Positions 17,270 to 28,033 are shown, counted from the first letter of the stretch. The stretch: DNA of 64,000 nucleotides from Alphaproteobacteria bacterium (GCA_965218275.1 CBDCKM010000002.1:2747438-2811437), one strand, 5' to 3'. The notes: generated by a model from the sequence alone, not told the origin. Made by a program: numbers and translations.

Positions 17270-18673
17270 CTACTCCGCCGAGGCGGCGACGGGGAGGGGG
17301 CCCATCCCCTCGCGGGCAGCGGCGTCGGCGAACTCGTCCAGCACCGCGCCAAGGGTGGCCATCAACTCGCCGATCTGCTCCCGGGTGATGATGAAGGGCG
17401 GGGCGACGATGACGGCATCGCCGATCGGGCGGGTGACGAGACCGCGGGCGTAGGCCATCTGCACGATACGCTCGCCGATGACGTGCTCCGGCGCGAAGGG
17501 GCGCTTGCCGTCCCTGTCCGCCACGATCTCGAGCGCGCCGAGGAGGCCGACGCAGCGCACCTCGCCCACCAGGGGGTGGGATTCGAAGCCGCGCAGCGCC
17601 GCCTCGAAGGCGGGTGCGACCGCCTTCACATTGTCGAGCAGGCCGCCGGGTTCGGTAATCAGCGCGATCGTTTCCAGCGCGACCGCGGCTGCGACCGGGC
17701 TGCCGCCGGTGGTGAAGCCGTGGGGGAACTCCTCGAAGGCCTCCACCGCGCGGCGCAGCCGGCGGTCCATCGCCGGCGACAGCAGCACCGCCGCCATCGG
17801 GTAGTAGCCGGAGGTGAGCGCCTTGGAGGTGACCAGGATGTCCGGCGTGAAGTCGTAGGTCTCGGCGCCCCACAGGGTGCCGGTACGCCCCAGCCCGGTG
17901 ACCACCTCGTCGGCCACCAGCGGGATGCCGTGGCGGTTGAGGAGCGCCTGGATCTTCGGGAAATAGCTGGCGGGTGGCGGCACGGCGCCGCCCGCGCCCA
18001 TCACCGGCTCGGCGAAGAAGCCGGCGATGGTCTCGGGCCCTTCGGCCTCGATCAGCCGCTCCAGCTCGTCCGCCAGGCGCTCGACATAGGCCGCCTCGCT
18101 CTCGCCGGGATGGGCGTTGCGCCAGTAGTGCGGGGCCTCGACATAGCGCACCTCCGGCAGCGGCAGCCCGAAGGCGCCGATATAGGGCTTGCCGTTGAGG
18201 CTGCACGAGGCAACGGTCGTGCCGTGATAGGCCATGGAGCGCGAGATGAGCGTGCGCCGCCGGGGCTCGCCGGCGCCTTGGGCCATCATCCAGAGCATCT
18301 TGATCGCGGTGTCGTTGGCCTCCGACCCCGAATTGACGAAATAGACCCGCGCCACCTCCATCGGCGCGATCTCGACCAGCTTTTCGGCCAGCGCGATCGG
18401 GGGCAGGGCGGTGCGTCCGAAGAAGGTGTGGTAGGCCGGCATCTGCGCCATGGCCGCATGGGCCGCCTGCACCAGGCGCGGCTCGCTGAAACCGGCGACC
18501 ACGTTCCACAGGCCCGACACGCTCTCCAGATAGCGCTTGCCATGGGTGTCGTGGACATAGATACCTTCGCCCCGCTCCAGCACGAGCGGGCCGTCCCGCT
18601 CCAGTGTGGGGAGATGGGTGAAGGAATGCAGATGATGCGCGAGATCGCGCGCCTCGGGGGAGTTAAGCGCCAT
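17270..18673 (-). CDS. class III (omega-type) PLP-dependent aminotransferase
   Basis: Motifs VNSGSEANDTA, ADEVVTGLGRTG and TSKALTSGYYPM (PLP lysine region). Confidence 0.9.
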   Translation of the reverse strand: MALNSPEARDLAHHLHSFTHLPTLERDGPLVLERGEGIYVHDTHGKRYLESVSGLWNVVAGFSEPRLVQAAHAAMAQMPAYHTFFGRTALPPIALAEKLVEIAPMEVARVYFVNSGSEANDTAIKMLWMMAQGAGEPRRRTLISRSMAYHGTTVASCSLNGKPYIGAFGLPLPEVRYVEAPHYWRNAHPGESEAAYVERLADELERLIEAEGPETIAGFFAEPVMGAGGAVPPPASYFPKIQALLNRHGIPLVADEVVTGLGRTGTLWGAETYDFTPDILVTSKALTSGYYPMAAVLLSPAMDRRLRRAVEAFEEFPHGFTTGGSPVAAAVALETIALITEPGGLLDNVKAVAPAFEAALRGFESHPLVGEVRCVGLLGALEIVADRDGKRPFAPEHVIGERIVQMAYARGLVTRPIGDAVIVAPPFIITREQIGELMATLGAVLDEFADAAAREGMGPLPVAASAE

Positions 18674-18750
18674 CGCTCGGGACCTCGGACCGTTCCGTGG
18701 GTGGCGGCCGGCTCGGCCCGCCGCGTTCGACCGCGCGCTGCGGAGTGACC

Positions 18751-19716
18751 ATGCCGAAGGTAATCATACACGATGCGATCGACGGTGCGGGCCTCGATCT
18801 GCTGGCGCGCCGTGCCGACATCGACATCTGCACGGTGGCGCGGGACGACGACGACAGGCTGCGGCGCGAGATCGCCGACGCCGACGGGATGATCCTGCGC
18901 TATCTCCCGCTGCGTGGGGCGGCACTCGCCGCAGCGACGCGCCTCAAGGTGATCGCGCGCCACGGCGTCGGCTGCGACAATATCGATGTGGCGGCAGCAT
19001 CGGCCCGGAAAATTCCGGTCGCCACGGTCGGCGACGCCAACGCGGTCACGGTGGCCGAACTCACCCTCTACTTCATGCTCGCGGCGGCGAAGAAGGCCCG
19101 CCACTACGACGAGTCGGTGCGGCGCGGCGACTTTCTCGTGCGCGAGGCCGCCGATCATCTCGAACTCTACGGGCAGACGGTGCTGATCGTCGGCTTCGGT
19201 CGCATCGGACGCCGGGTTGCCGCGCGCTGCCGTGCCTTCGACATGCGGGTGGAGTGCTGCGACCCCTACATTGCGCAGCAGGACATCGTCGATGCCGGCT
19301 GCACGCCGGCCGCCGATCTCGCCGAGGCGCTGCCGCGCGCGGACTATGTCAGCGTGCATGTGCCGTTGAACGACGAGACCCGCCACATGATCGACCGGGC
19401 GGCGCTCGGGCGGATGAAACGGGGCGCGATCCTCGTCAACGCCGCCCGGGGGCCGATCGTCGATGGCGAGGCCCTCTACGAGGCGCTCGACTCAGGCCAT
19501 CTAGCGGGCGCCGGCCTGGACGTATTCGATCGGGAGCCGCCGCGCCCGGACGATCCCCTGCTGCGCCACCCCGCGACCGTGCTCATGCCGCACATGGGAG
19601 GGTCCTCCCGCGGCGCCTTCGTACGCATGGCGACCCGATGTGCGCAGAACGTGCTCGACGCGCTGGACGGCCGGCTCGACCCGTCCTTCGTGATCAATCC
19701 CGAGGCCCTGGATTGA
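18751..19716 (+). CDS. D-isomer-specific 2-hydroxyacid dehydrogenase family (PGDH-like)
   Basis: NAD-binding motif VLIVGFGRIGRRVA and a catalytic region HVPLN..ILVNAARG..D..PHMGG. Confidence 0.85.
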   Translation: MPKVIIHDAIDGAGLDLLARRADIDICTVARDDDDRLRREIADADGMILRYLPLRGAALAAATRLKVIARHGVGCDNIDVAAASARKIPVATVGDANAVTVAELTLYFMLAAAKKARHYDESVRRGDFLVREAADHLELYGQTVLIVGFGRIGRRVAARCRAFDMRVECCDPYIAQQDIVDAGCTPAADLAEALPRADYVSVHVPLNDETRHMIDRAALGRMKRGAILVNAARGPIVDGEALYEALDSGHLAGAGLDVFDREPPRPDDPLLRHPATVLMPHMGGSSRGAFVRMATRCAQNVLDALDGRLDPSFVINPEALD

Positions 19717-19831
19717 GGCGCAGCCCCGGCGCGATGGAGCCGCGGGTCCGCCGCTCCGGCCTGGATCGGGACGGGGGCGGGGGAAGAGGGGACTTGGCGC
19801 GCAGGCGCCGCGCATGGCATAGGGGGCCGCC

Positions 19832-20857
19832 ATGGGACGGTCCGAGTCGCGAAAAGGGTTGAGGCCCTGGCGTGTGGCCGCCGGAGCGGCGCTGGTTGTC
19901 ACCCTGCTGGCGGGCTCTCTGCCGGGCGGTGCGGCGATGGCGCAGGAGAATGGCACCGAGAGCTTCGCGCAATGGCGCGACGGCGTGCGCAGCGAGGCCC
20001 TCGGCCTCGGCATCAGCGCGGCCACCTTCGACAGCGCGTTCTCGGGCATCGAGCCGATCCCGCGCATCATCGAGCTGGACCGCACCCAGCCCGAGGTCAC
20101 CATCACCTTCGCCGACTATCTGGAGCGCGTGGTGCCCGAGTCGCGCGTGGCCATGGGGCGGGAGCTGCTCGCCGCCCACCGCGACCTGCTGGCGCCGATC
20201 GGGCGTAAATACGGCGTGCCCCCGCGCTTCATCGTCGCGCTGTGGGGCATCGAGACGAGCTTCGGCCGCTTTCTCGGCGGATTCCCGGTGATCGGCGCGC
20301 TGGCGACGCTCGCCCATGACGGCCGGCGCAGCGACTATTTCCGGGGCGAGCTGCTGCACGCGCTCCGCATCCTGGAGGACGGCCACATCGCGCCCGATGC
20401 GATGATGGGGAGCTGGGCGGGCGCCATGGGGCAGAGCCAGTTCATGCCGTCGAGCTTCGTGCGCTATGCCGTGGACCATGACGGCGACGGCAAGCGCGAT
20501 ATCTGGGGCACCCAGGGCGATGTCTTCGCCTCGGCCGCCAACTATCTCGCGCAGGCCGGGTGGCGCACCGGCGAGACCTGGGGGCGGCAGGTGCGGCTGC
20601 CGGCCGGCTTCGATCCCGCGCTCACGGGACTGGAGGTGGCGAAACCCCTGGCCGACTGGCAGGCGCTCGGTCTGCGCCGCGCCGACGGCGGCGACCTGCC
20701 GCAGGCCGAGATGAGCGGATCGGTGGTCCTGCCGGGCGGAGACGAGGGGCCGGCCTACCTCGTCTACGGAAACTACCGGACGATCATGCGGTGGAACCGG
20801 TCGTTCTATTTCGCGACCTCTGTCGGCTTGCTGGCCAACAGGATCGGGGGGCGGTGA
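19832..20857 (+). CDS. lytic murein transglycosylase (MltB/SLT_2 family)
   Basis: Signal-like N-terminus, plus ALWGIETSFG and SWAGAMGQSQFMPSSF motifs. Confidence 0.85.
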   Translation: MGRSESRKGLRPWRVAAGAALVVTLLAGSLPGGAAMAQENGTESFAQWRDGVRSEALGLGISAATFDSAFSGIEPIPRIIELDRTQPEVTITFADYLERVVPESRVAMGRELLAAHRDLLAPIGRKYGVPPRFIVALWGIETSFGRFLGGFPVIGALATLAHDGRRSDYFRGELLHALRILEDGHIAPDAMMGSWAGAMGQSQFMPSSFVRYAVDHDGDGKRDIWGTQGDVFASAANYLAQAGWRTGETWGRQVRLPAGFDPALTGLEVAKPLADWQALGLRRADGGDLPQAEMSGSVVLPGGDEGPAYLVYGNYRTIMRWNRSFYFATSVGLLANRIGGR

Positions 20858-20876
20858 CGGCCGCCCGCCGCGGGCG

Positions 20877-21803
20877 ATGAAACGGCAGCCGCTTCTCCTC
20901 GCGTGGTTCGCGCTCGGCCTGCTCGCGCTCGCCGGCTGCAGCAGCACGGAACTCGCGGTTCACCTCGCCAAGACGGCTACCATCGACACGCCGCAATCGC
21001 GGCCGCTGCCCCACGCAGCCCGGAAGGACTACAAGCTGGGCAAGCCCTACGTCATCGAGGGCACCTGGTACTATCCGAGCTACGAACCCTTCTACGATCG
21101 GACCGGCATCGCGTCGTGGTATGGGCCGAAGTTCCATGGCCGGCCGACGGCGATCGGCGAACGCTTCGACATGAACGAGGTGAGCGCCGCCCATCCGACA
21201 CTGCCGCTGCCGAGCCGCGCCCGCGTGACCAATCTCGAAAACGGGCGGGTGCTGGTCGTACGCGTGAACGACCGCGGACCCTTCATCAACGGGCGCCTGA
21301 TCGATCTGTCCCGCCGCGCGGCGCAGCTCCTCGGCTTCCACCGCAAGGGCCTGACCAGGGTTCGCGTGCAGTATCTCGGTCTCGACCAGCTTCAGCCGGA
21401 CGTGCCGCTGCCCGTCGACCCACCCGCCATCTTCGCCAAGGGCACGCCGGCGGTCGTCTTCAAGCCGCGCCAGCCGATTCCGCAGGCGACGGCCGGGGCG
21501 CTGCCGCCGGTCAAGCCGGTGCGCGCGGCGTCCGCGCGCCCGCCCCGGGCGCGGGGCGGCGCTGCGGGGGCGCTTCTGGTCGAAGCCGCCGTTCTCGAAG
21601 GGCGCGCCGCCGCCGACCGCCTGGGCGCCAGCGTGCGCACGCTGGGCAGCGTCGCGGTGGAGCCGGAACGGCGCGGCGGCCGCCGGGTCTACGCGGTCCG
21701 TATCGGCCCGGTCGCCTCGAACGACGAGGCGGCGTCGATTCTGGCCAAGCTGGCCCGCGCCGGGCTCGCGAATTCGCAGATCGTCGCCGCGGGATACCGC
21801 TGA
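20877..21803 (+). CDS. rlpA: septal ring lytic transglycosylase RlpA (lipoprotein, DPBB plus SPOR domains)
   Basis: Lipobox LLALAGCSS. DPBB block GIASWYGPKFHGRPTAIGERFD..AAHPTLPLPS..VTNLENGR..VRVNDRGPF. SPOR-like C-terminus. Confidence 0.9.
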   Translation: MKRQPLLLAWFALGLLALAGCSSTELAVHLAKTATIDTPQSRPLPHAARKDYKLGKPYVIEGTWYYPSYEPFYDRTGIASWYGPKFHGRPTAIGERFDMNEVSAAHPTLPLPSRARVTNLENGRVLVVRVNDRGPFINGRLIDLSRRAAQLLGFHRKGLTRVRVQYLGLDQLQPDVPLPVDPPAIFAKGTPAVVFKPRQPIPQATAGALPPVKPVRAASARPPRARGGAAGALLVEAAVLEGRAAADRLGASVRTLGSVAVEPERRGGRRVYAVRIGPVASNDEAASILAKLARAGLANSQIVAAGYR

Positions 21804-21899
21804 GAGGTCTTGACCACTCTGGCGCTTGGCCCAGCCCCTGACGAGGGTGTACACATTGAGCGCCGCCCCCGATGCGATGTGGAGGAGCCGGGAAGAGAA

Positions 21900-23081
21900 A
21901 TGGCCGATCGAAAGCGCACGAGCCGACGCGCCCGGCTCGCCGCTCTCTGCTATGCCCTTTGCCTCTGTCTGGTGGGTGCCTGCGTGGCCGCGTCGTCCCC
22001 CCGGCCGGCCGCCGCAGTCGACTCCGAAGCGCGGCAGTTCATCCTGATGGACGCCGGAACCGGTATGACGCTCGCCGAGAAGAACGCGGACGAGCCGATG
22101 CACCCGGCGTCCATGAGCAAGATCATGACGCTCTATATCGCCTTCGAGCACCTGACCGACGGCCGCCTCACCATGGAAGACTCCTTCATAGTGAGCAAAA
22201 AGGCTTGGCGCATGAAGGGCTCGCGGATGTTTCTTGAGGTGAACTCGAAGGTAACCGTGGGCGAGTTGTTGCGGGGGATCATCGTGCAGTCCGGCAACGA
22301 CGCCAGTATCGTGATTGCGGAGGGCCTGTCCGGGTCGGAGGCCGCCTTCGCCGATCTGATGAACGAAAAGGCGGCGCAGCTCGGCCTCGACGACAGTCAC
22401 TTCGTCAACGCCACCGGCTGGCCGGACCCCGAGCATGTGACGACCGCGCGCGACGTCGCCGAGCTGTCACGGCGCATCGTCGCCGACTTCCCTGAGTACT
22501 ACGCGTTGTTCGCGGAGAAGAGCTACACCTACAACGGCATCCGCCAGGGCAACCGCAACCCGCTGCTCTATCGCTATGACGGGGCCGACGGCCTCAAGAC
22601 GGGCTACACCGTGGCCTCGGGCCACGGTCTCGCCGCATCGGCGAAGCGCGGCGAGCAGCGCCTGGTGCTGGTGGTGAACGGCCTCAACGGCATCGATGTC
22701 CGCGCGCGGGAGGCCGAGCGCCTGCTGAACTACGGCTTCCGTGCGTTCAAGACCTACGTGCTGTTCCGGGACGGCGATGTGGTCGACGAGTTCGACGTCT
22801 GGCTGGGCGAGGCCGATGCGGTGCCGCTCGTCGTGACCGGCGACGTGGTGCTGATGATGCCGCGCAAGGCCCGCAAGGAGATGGTGGTGAAGATCGTGGC
22901 CGGCGGCCCGGTCGAGGCCCCGGTCGAGGCGGGTGCCCCGGTGGCCAGGCTGGTGGTGAGCGCGCCCGACGTGGAGACGCGCGAATGGCCGCTGGTGGCC
23001 GGCGCCGCGGTGGACAGCCTCTCCGGCTTCGGGCGAATCGGCGCGGCGATCGATGCGCTGATCTGGGGTCGGGGCGGGTAG
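21900..23081 (+). CDS. D-alanyl-D-alanine carboxypeptidase (PBP5/6 class, S11)
   Basis: The SxxK (SMSKIMT), SxN (QSGNDA) and KTG (LKTGYT) motifs occur in the correct order, with a signal-like N-terminus. Confidence 0.9.
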   Translation: MADRKRTSRRARLAALCYALCLCLVGACVAASSPRPAAAVDSEARQFILMDAGTGMTLAEKNADEPMHPASMSKIMTLYIAFEHLTDGRLTMEDSFIVSKKAWRMKGSRMFLEVNSKVTVGELLRGIIVQSGNDASIVIAEGLSGSEAAFADLMNEKAAQLGLDDSHFVNATGWPDPEHVTTARDVAELSRRIVADFPEYYALFAEKSYTYNGIRQGNRNPLLYRYDGADGLKTGYTVASGHGLAASAKRGEQRLVLVVNGLNGIDVRAREAERLLNYGFRAFKTYVLFRDGDVVDEFDVWLGEADAVPLVVTGDVVLMMPRKARKEMVVKIVAGGPVEAPVEAGAPVARLVVSAPDVETREWPLVAGAAVDSLSGFGRIGAAIDALIWGRGG

Positions 23082-23108
23082 GGGCCTGCGCCGGCGCATG
23101 GCCGCTGC

Positions 23109-23747
23109 ATGACGCGCGGACGCCTCATCACGCTCGAAGGGGGCGAGGGCGCCGGCAAGACGGTGCAGGCCGCGCGCCTCTGCGCCGCGCTGGAGGCGCG
23201 CGGCATCGCGACCTTCGCCACCCGCGAGCCCGGCGGCTCGATCGGGGCGGAGGCGATCCGCCACCTGCTGGTCTCGGGCCCGGTCGACCGCTGGGACCCT
23301 CTGACCGAGGCCATGCTGCACGCGGCGGCGCGGCGCGATCACCTGTTGAACGGGATCGAGCCGGCGCTGGCGCGTGGCCTCTGGGTGGTGTCGGACCGCT
23401 TCGTCGATTCGATGATCGTCTACCAGGGCTACGGCCAGGGGGCCGACCTCGCAGCGCTCGACCGCCTCACCGCGCTCACGCTCGGGGGATTCGAGCCGGA
23501 TCTGACGCTGGTGCTGGACATTCCGGCGGCGGACGGGCTCCGGCGCGCCGGCATTCGCGCCCGGCCGAACCGCTACGAGCGCATGGACGAGGCGTTTCAC
23601 GAGCGGGTGCGGGCGGGCTTCATCGCCCGCGCCCACGCCGCGCCGACGCGCTGTGCGGTGGTGGACGCTGCGGCGAGCCCCGAGGCGGTGGCCCGCAAGA
23701 TCCTGGCGGTCGTCGCGGCGCGCCTCCCGGTCTCGTTCGATAGTTGA
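23109..23747 (+). CDS. tmk: dTMP (thymidylate) kinase
   Basis: P-loop LEGGEGAGKT and TREPGG motif in a 212-aa protein. Confidence 0.9.
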   Translation: MTRGRLITLEGGEGAGKTVQAARLCAALEARGIATFATREPGGSIGAEAIRHLLVSGPVDRWDPLTEAMLHAAARRDHLLNGIEPALARGLWVVSDRFVDSMIVYQGYGQGADLAALDRLTALTLGGFEPDLTLVLDIPAADGLRRAGIRARPNRYERMDEAFHERVRAGFIARAHAAPTRCAVVDAAASPEAVARKILAVVAARLPVSFDS

Positions 23748-23756
23748 GGGCGATGG

Positions 23757-24860
23757 TTGAGGGCGATGGGTGTGAGGACGATGAATGAGGGCGACGGCCC
23801 GGCCTTCGTCTGGCCGGCGCCATCCGCGAACCCGCGTCTGGTCGGGCACGCCGCCGCCGCCGCCGCGCTCGTCGAGGCCTGGCGGAGCGGCCGGCTCGCC
23901 CATGCCTGGCTGCTCGCGGGGCCGCGCGGCATCGGCAAGGCGACGCTGGCGTTCCGCTTCGCGCGCTTCGCGTTGAATGGCGGCGAAGGGAGCGGCGCCG
24001 ACGGGCTGGCCATGCCGCCGGACCATCCCGTCTTCCGGCGGATCGCGGCCGGCGGCCACAGCGATCTCGCGGTCGTCGAGCGGGGATTGGGCGAGCGGGG
24101 CAGGCTTCGTGCCGAGATCGTGGTGGACGATGTCCGCAAGGCCAACGCCTTCCTCTCGCTCACGGCCGGCGAGGACGGCTGGCGGGTGGTGATCGTCGAC
24201 GCAGCCGACGAGATGAACCGGAACGCCGCCAACGCCCTGCTCAAGCGCCTCGAGGAGCCGCCCGGCCGCGTGCTCTTCCTCCTCGTCAGCCACGCGTCGA
24301 GCCGGATGCCGGCGACGCTCCGCTCGCGCTGCCGCCTGCTCACGCTCTCGCCGCTGCCCGCACCGGCGCTGGACGGGCTGCTCGCCGAGGCGATGGCCGG
24401 CCTGCCGGCGGCCGAGCGCCGCGTGCTGGGACGGCTCGCCGAGGGCAGCCCCGGCCGCGCGGCGGCGCTCGCGGAGCAGGGCGGCGCCCAGCTCTATCGC
24501 CGCATCGTCGGGCTCGTCGGCGCGCTGCCCGCGCTCGACGCGCGGCCCCTGCACGAGCTCGCCGACGGGCTCTCCGGCCGGGACGGGGTGGACCGCTGGC
24601 GCACGCTCGCCGAGCTGATCCTCTGGTGGCTCGGCCGTTCGATCCGCGCCGCGGCGCGGGGCGAGCTCGGCACGATGGAGGAGGTGGTGCCGGGCGAGAG
24701 GGCCGGTTGTGCCCTGCTGGAGGGTGCGGCGCTTGATCGCTGGGTCGGCGTGTGGGAAAAACTCGGCCGCTCGTTCGCAGAGGCGGACGGGCTCAACCTC
24801 GACCCGCGGCAGGTCCTGATCGGCGCCTTCACGACGCTGCAGGAGGCCGCGCGGGCCTGA
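23757..24860 (+). CDS. holB: DNA polymerase III subunit delta-prime
   Basis: GRLAHAWLLAGPRGIGKATLAFRFA and VVIVDAADEMN are AAA+ clamp-loader motifs. The start is uncertain (TTG 23757, ATG 23766 or 23781). Confidence 0.8.
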   Translation: MRAMGVRTMNEGDGPAFVWPAPSANPRLVGHAAAAAALVEAWRSGRLAHAWLLAGPRGIGKATLAFRFARFALNGGEGSGADGLAMPPDHPVFRRIAAGGHSDLAVVERGLGERGRLRAEIVVDDVRKANAFLSLTAGEDGWRVVIVDAADEMNRNAANALLKRLEEPPGRVLFLLVSHASSRMPATLRSRCRLLTLSPLPAPALDGLLAEAMAGLPAAERRVLGRLAEGSPGRAAALAEQGGAQLYRRIVGLVGALPALDARPLHELADGLSGRDGVDRWRTLAELILWWLGRSIRAAARGELGTMEEVVPGERAGCALLEGAALDRWVGVWEKLGRSFAEADGLNLDPRQVLIGAFTTLQEAARA

Positions 24861-24887
24861 GCGGCAGGACCGGAGAGGCGAGAGCCC

Positions 24888-26447
24888 ATGGCGCCCCGAG
24901 CGGCCTACTACCTGAGCACACCGATCTACTATGTGAACGATTCGCCCCATATCGGGCACGCCTACACCTCGCTCGCCTGCGACGTGCTGGCCCGCTTCAT
25001 GCGACTCGACGGCCGCGACGTGCTGTTCCTCACCGGCACCGACGAGCACGGCCAGAAGGTCCAGAAATCCGCGGCTGCCGCCGGCATGGAGCCTCAGGCC
25101 TTCGTCGACGGGGTCTCGGCCCGCTTCCGCGCCCTCGGCGAGGTGATGGGCTACAGCAACGACGACTTCATCCGCACCACCGAAGCCCGCCACACACGCT
25201 CCTGCCAGGAGTTGTGGCGCCGCATCGCGGACAACGGCCATATCTATCTCGGCAAGTATGCCGGCTGGTACGCGGTGCGGGAGGAGGCGTTCTACGCCGA
25301 ATCGGAGGTCACGGCCGGCCCCGACGGCGGCCGCGTGACGCTGGCGGGCGGCTCGCCGGTCGAATGGGTCGAGGAGCCGAGCTATTTCTTCCGCCTCTCC
25401 GCCTGGCAGGAGCCGCTGCTTGCGTTCTACGAGAAACACCCGCAGGCGGTGGCGCCGGAGAGCCGGCGCAACGAGGTCATGAGCTTCGTGGCCGGCGGGC
25501 TCAACGACCTCTCGGTCTCGCGCGCGAGCCTGGACTGGGGCATCCCCGTGCCCGGCGACCCGGACCACACCATGTATGTGTGGCTCGACGCGCTCACCAA
25601 CTACATCAGCGGCGCCGGCTTCCCCGAGACGGAGAGCGATCTCTGGCGCACCTACTGGCCCGCCGACCTGCACATGGTGGGCAAGGACATCCTGCGCTTT
25701 CACGCGGTCTACTGGCCGGCCTTCCTGATGGCGGCAGGGGTCGAGCCGCCCACGCGCGTCTTCGCCCACGGCTGGTGGACGATCGAGGGCGAGAAGATGT
25801 CGAAATCGCTCGGCAACGCCATCGACCCGCACCACATCGTGGCGCGCTACGGGCTGGATGCCGTGCGCTACTTCCTGCTGCGCGCGCTGCCCTTCGGCAG
25901 CGACGGCGACTTTTCGCACCAGGCGATCGTCGGCCGCATGAACGCCGACCTGGCCAACGATTACGGCAACCTGGCGCAGCGGGTGCTGACCATGATCAAC
26001 CGCAACTGCGCCGCTTCCGTGCCCGAGCCCGGCGCCTTCGCGGAATCGGACCGCGCCCTGCTCGACGCCGCCGAGGCGCTCGCAGGCCAGGTGCGCGCGG
26101 ACCTGGAGGAGCAGGCGTTCCACCGGGCGCTGATCCACATCTGGGAGGTCGTCGGCCGTGCCAACCGCTATGTCGACCAGCAGGCGCCCTGGGTGCTGCG
26201 CAAGTCGGACCCGGCGCGGATGGCGACGGTGCTCTATGTCGTGGTCGAGACCCTGCGCCATCTGGCGCTGCTGACGCTCCCGTTCATGCCGGCGTCGAGC
26301 GGGCGGATGCTCGACCAGCTCGGGGTGGCGGCGGAGGCGCGCCATCTGGCGGCACTGGGCCCCGGCTGGCGCCTCGCGCCGGGCACGCCGTTGCCCAGGC
26401 CCGAGCCGGTGTTCCCCCGATTCTCGGAGGACGAGGCGGCGGCCTGA
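24888..26447 (+). CDS. metG: methionine--tRNA ligase (short form)
   Basis: The HIGH motif (SPHIGHAYT) and KMSKS motif (GEKMSKSLGN) are both present. Confidence 0.92.
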   Translation: MAPRAAYYLSTPIYYVNDSPHIGHAYTSLACDVLARFMRLDGRDVLFLTGTDEHGQKVQKSAAAAGMEPQAFVDGVSARFRALGEVMGYSNDDFIRTTEARHTRSCQELWRRIADNGHIYLGKYAGWYAVREEAFYAESEVTAGPDGGRVTLAGGSPVEWVEEPSYFFRLSAWQEPLLAFYEKHPQAVAPESRRNEVMSFVAGGLNDLSVSRASLDWGIPVPGDPDHTMYVWLDALTNYISGAGFPETESDLWRTYWPADLHMVGKDILRFHAVYWPAFLMAAGVEPPTRVFAHGWWTIEGEKMSKSLGNAIDPHHIVARYGLDAVRYFLLRALPFGSDGDFSHQAIVGRMNADLANDYGNLAQRVLTMINRNCAASVPEPGAFAESDRALLDAAEALAGQVRADLEEQAFHRALIHIWEVVGRANRYVDQQAPWVLRKSDPARMATVLYVVVETLRHLALLTLPFMPASSGRMLDQLGVAAEARHLAALGPGWRLAPGTPLPRPEPVFPRFSEDEAAA

Positions 26448-26465
26448 GAGGCCACGAGGGCTCGG

Positions 26466-27260
26466 ATGCTGGTCGACAGCCACTGCCATCTCGACTTCCC
26501 GGATTTCGGCGGCGATCTCGACGCCGTGCTCGCTCGCGCGGCGCAAGCCGGGGTCGGCACGGTGCAGACGATCTGCACGCGGGTGACTCAATTCGATGCG
26601 GTGCGCGGGCTGGCCGAGGCCCACGCGCCGGTCTGGTGCTCGGTCGGCATCCATCCGCACCATGTGGCCGAGGAGCCGGAGGTCTCCACCGACCACCTGG
26701 TGCGGATGGCGGACCATCCCAAGGTGATCGGGATCGGCGAGACCGGGCTGGATTTTCACTACGACAACAGCCCGAGGCCTGAGCAGGAAGCCAGCTTCCG
26801 CCGCCATATCGCGGCGGCGCGCGAGACCGGCCTGCCGCTCATCGTGCACACGCGCTCTGCGGACGAGGAGACCAGCCGCATCCTGCGCGAGGAGGCGGGG
26901 AAGGGGGCCTTCCCCGGCGTCATCCACTGCTTCAGCGCGGGCCCTGCGGTCGCCGAGACCGCGCTCGACATCGGCCTCTCGATCTCGTTCTCGGGCATCC
27001 TCACCTTCAAGAACGCGGAAGAGGTGCGCGCCGTCGCCCGCGCGGTGCCGGTGGACCGGCTGCTGGTGGAGACCGACGCGCCCTATCTCGCGCCGGTGCC
27101 CCATCGGGGCAAGCGCAACGAGCCCGCCCATGTGCGGCACACCGCCGCGCGGCTCGCCGAGCTCAAGGGCCTGGACGCGGCCGAACTGGCCCGCGCCACG
27201 ACCGCCAATTTCTTCAGTGTTTTCACGAAGTCGACGTTACAACGCTCTGAAATAACATGA
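26466..27260 (+). CDS. TatD-family metal-dependent hydrolase/DNase
   Basis: Motifs MLVDSHCHLDF, GIGETGLDFHY and HTR. The stop overlaps the next start (ATGA). Confidence 0.9.
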   Translation: MLVDSHCHLDFPDFGGDLDAVLARAAQAGVGTVQTICTRVTQFDAVRGLAEAHAPVWCSVGIHPHHVAEEPEVSTDHLVRMADHPKVIGIGETGLDFHYDNSPRPEQEASFRRHIAAARETGLPLIVHTRSADEETSRILREEAGKGAFPGVIHCFSAGPAVAETALDIGLSISFSGILTFKNAEEVRAVARAVPVDRLLVETDAPYLAPVPHRGKRNEPAHVRHTAARLAELKGLDAAELARATTANFFSVFTKSTLQRSEIT

Positions 27261-28033
27261 AAGTCACTGTTCTCGGCTGCGGCACGTCGAGCGGGGTCCC
27301 GATGATCGGCTGCGCCTGCGCGGTGTGCCGTTCGCCCGACCCGCGCAACCGCCGGCGGCGGGTGTCCGCGCTGGTCGAATCGGGCGAGGCCCGGCTCCTG
27401 ATCGACACGCCGCCGGACCTGCACGGGCAACTGGTGGATGCAGGCGTCGCGCGCCTCGATGCGGTGCTCTACACCCACGGCCATGCGGATCACGTGCACG
27501 GGATCGACGACCTGCGCTCGATCAACGTCCATATGGGCGGGTCGCTGGACGCCTACGGCACCGCCGCCACGCTGGCCGCCATCCGGGAGCGCTTCGCCTA
27601 TGCCTTCGAGCCGACCGGACCGGGGGCGGGATGGGCCACCAGACCCAGCCTCAACCCGGTGGCGATCGACGGCCCGTTCACCGCCGCCGGCGTTGTCGTG
27701 ACGCCGTTCCCGCAGGCGCACGGGCGCGGCGTCACCACCGGATACCGCATCGGCGCCATGGCCTATTCGACCGACGTGAAGGCGCTGCCGGAGGAGGCCT
27801 TCGCGGCGCTCGCGGGCGTCAAGCTCTGGATCGTCGACTGCCTCGGCTACCGCGCGCATCCGACCCATGCGCATCTCGACCTCACGCTGGAGTGGATCGC
27901 GCGGGTGCAGCCCAGGCTCGCGGTGCTCACGCACATGTCGCACCAGTTCGACTACGCGACGCTGCGGGCCGCGTTGCCGGCCGGCGTGGTGCCGGGCCAT
28001 GACGGGCTCACCATCGACACGGACCGGCTGTGA
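27257..28033 (+). CDS. MBL-fold metallo-hydrolase (PhnP/GPMB-like)
   Basis: LGCGTSSGVP and the HxHxDH motif (THGHADHVHG). Confidence 0.85.
   Translation: MKVTVLGCGTSSGVPMIGCACAVCRSPDPRNRRRRVSALVESGEARLLIDTPPDLHGQLVDAGVARLDAVLYTHGHADHVHGIDDLRSINVHMGGSLDAYGTAATLAAIRERFAYAFEPTGPGAGWATRPSLNPVAIDGPFTAAGVVVTPFPQAHGRGVTTGYRIGAMAYSTDVKALPEEAFAALAGVKLWIVDCLGYRAHPTHAHLDLTLEWIARVQPRLAVLTHMSHQFDYATLRAALPAGVVPGHDGLTIDTDRL

Noticed and set aside
22467-27140. 1557-aa minus-strand ORF
   Set aside because: It is antisense to five well-supported genes (dacC, tmk, holB, metG, tatD). Its composition is Arg/Ala/Gly/His-rich and it has no motifs.
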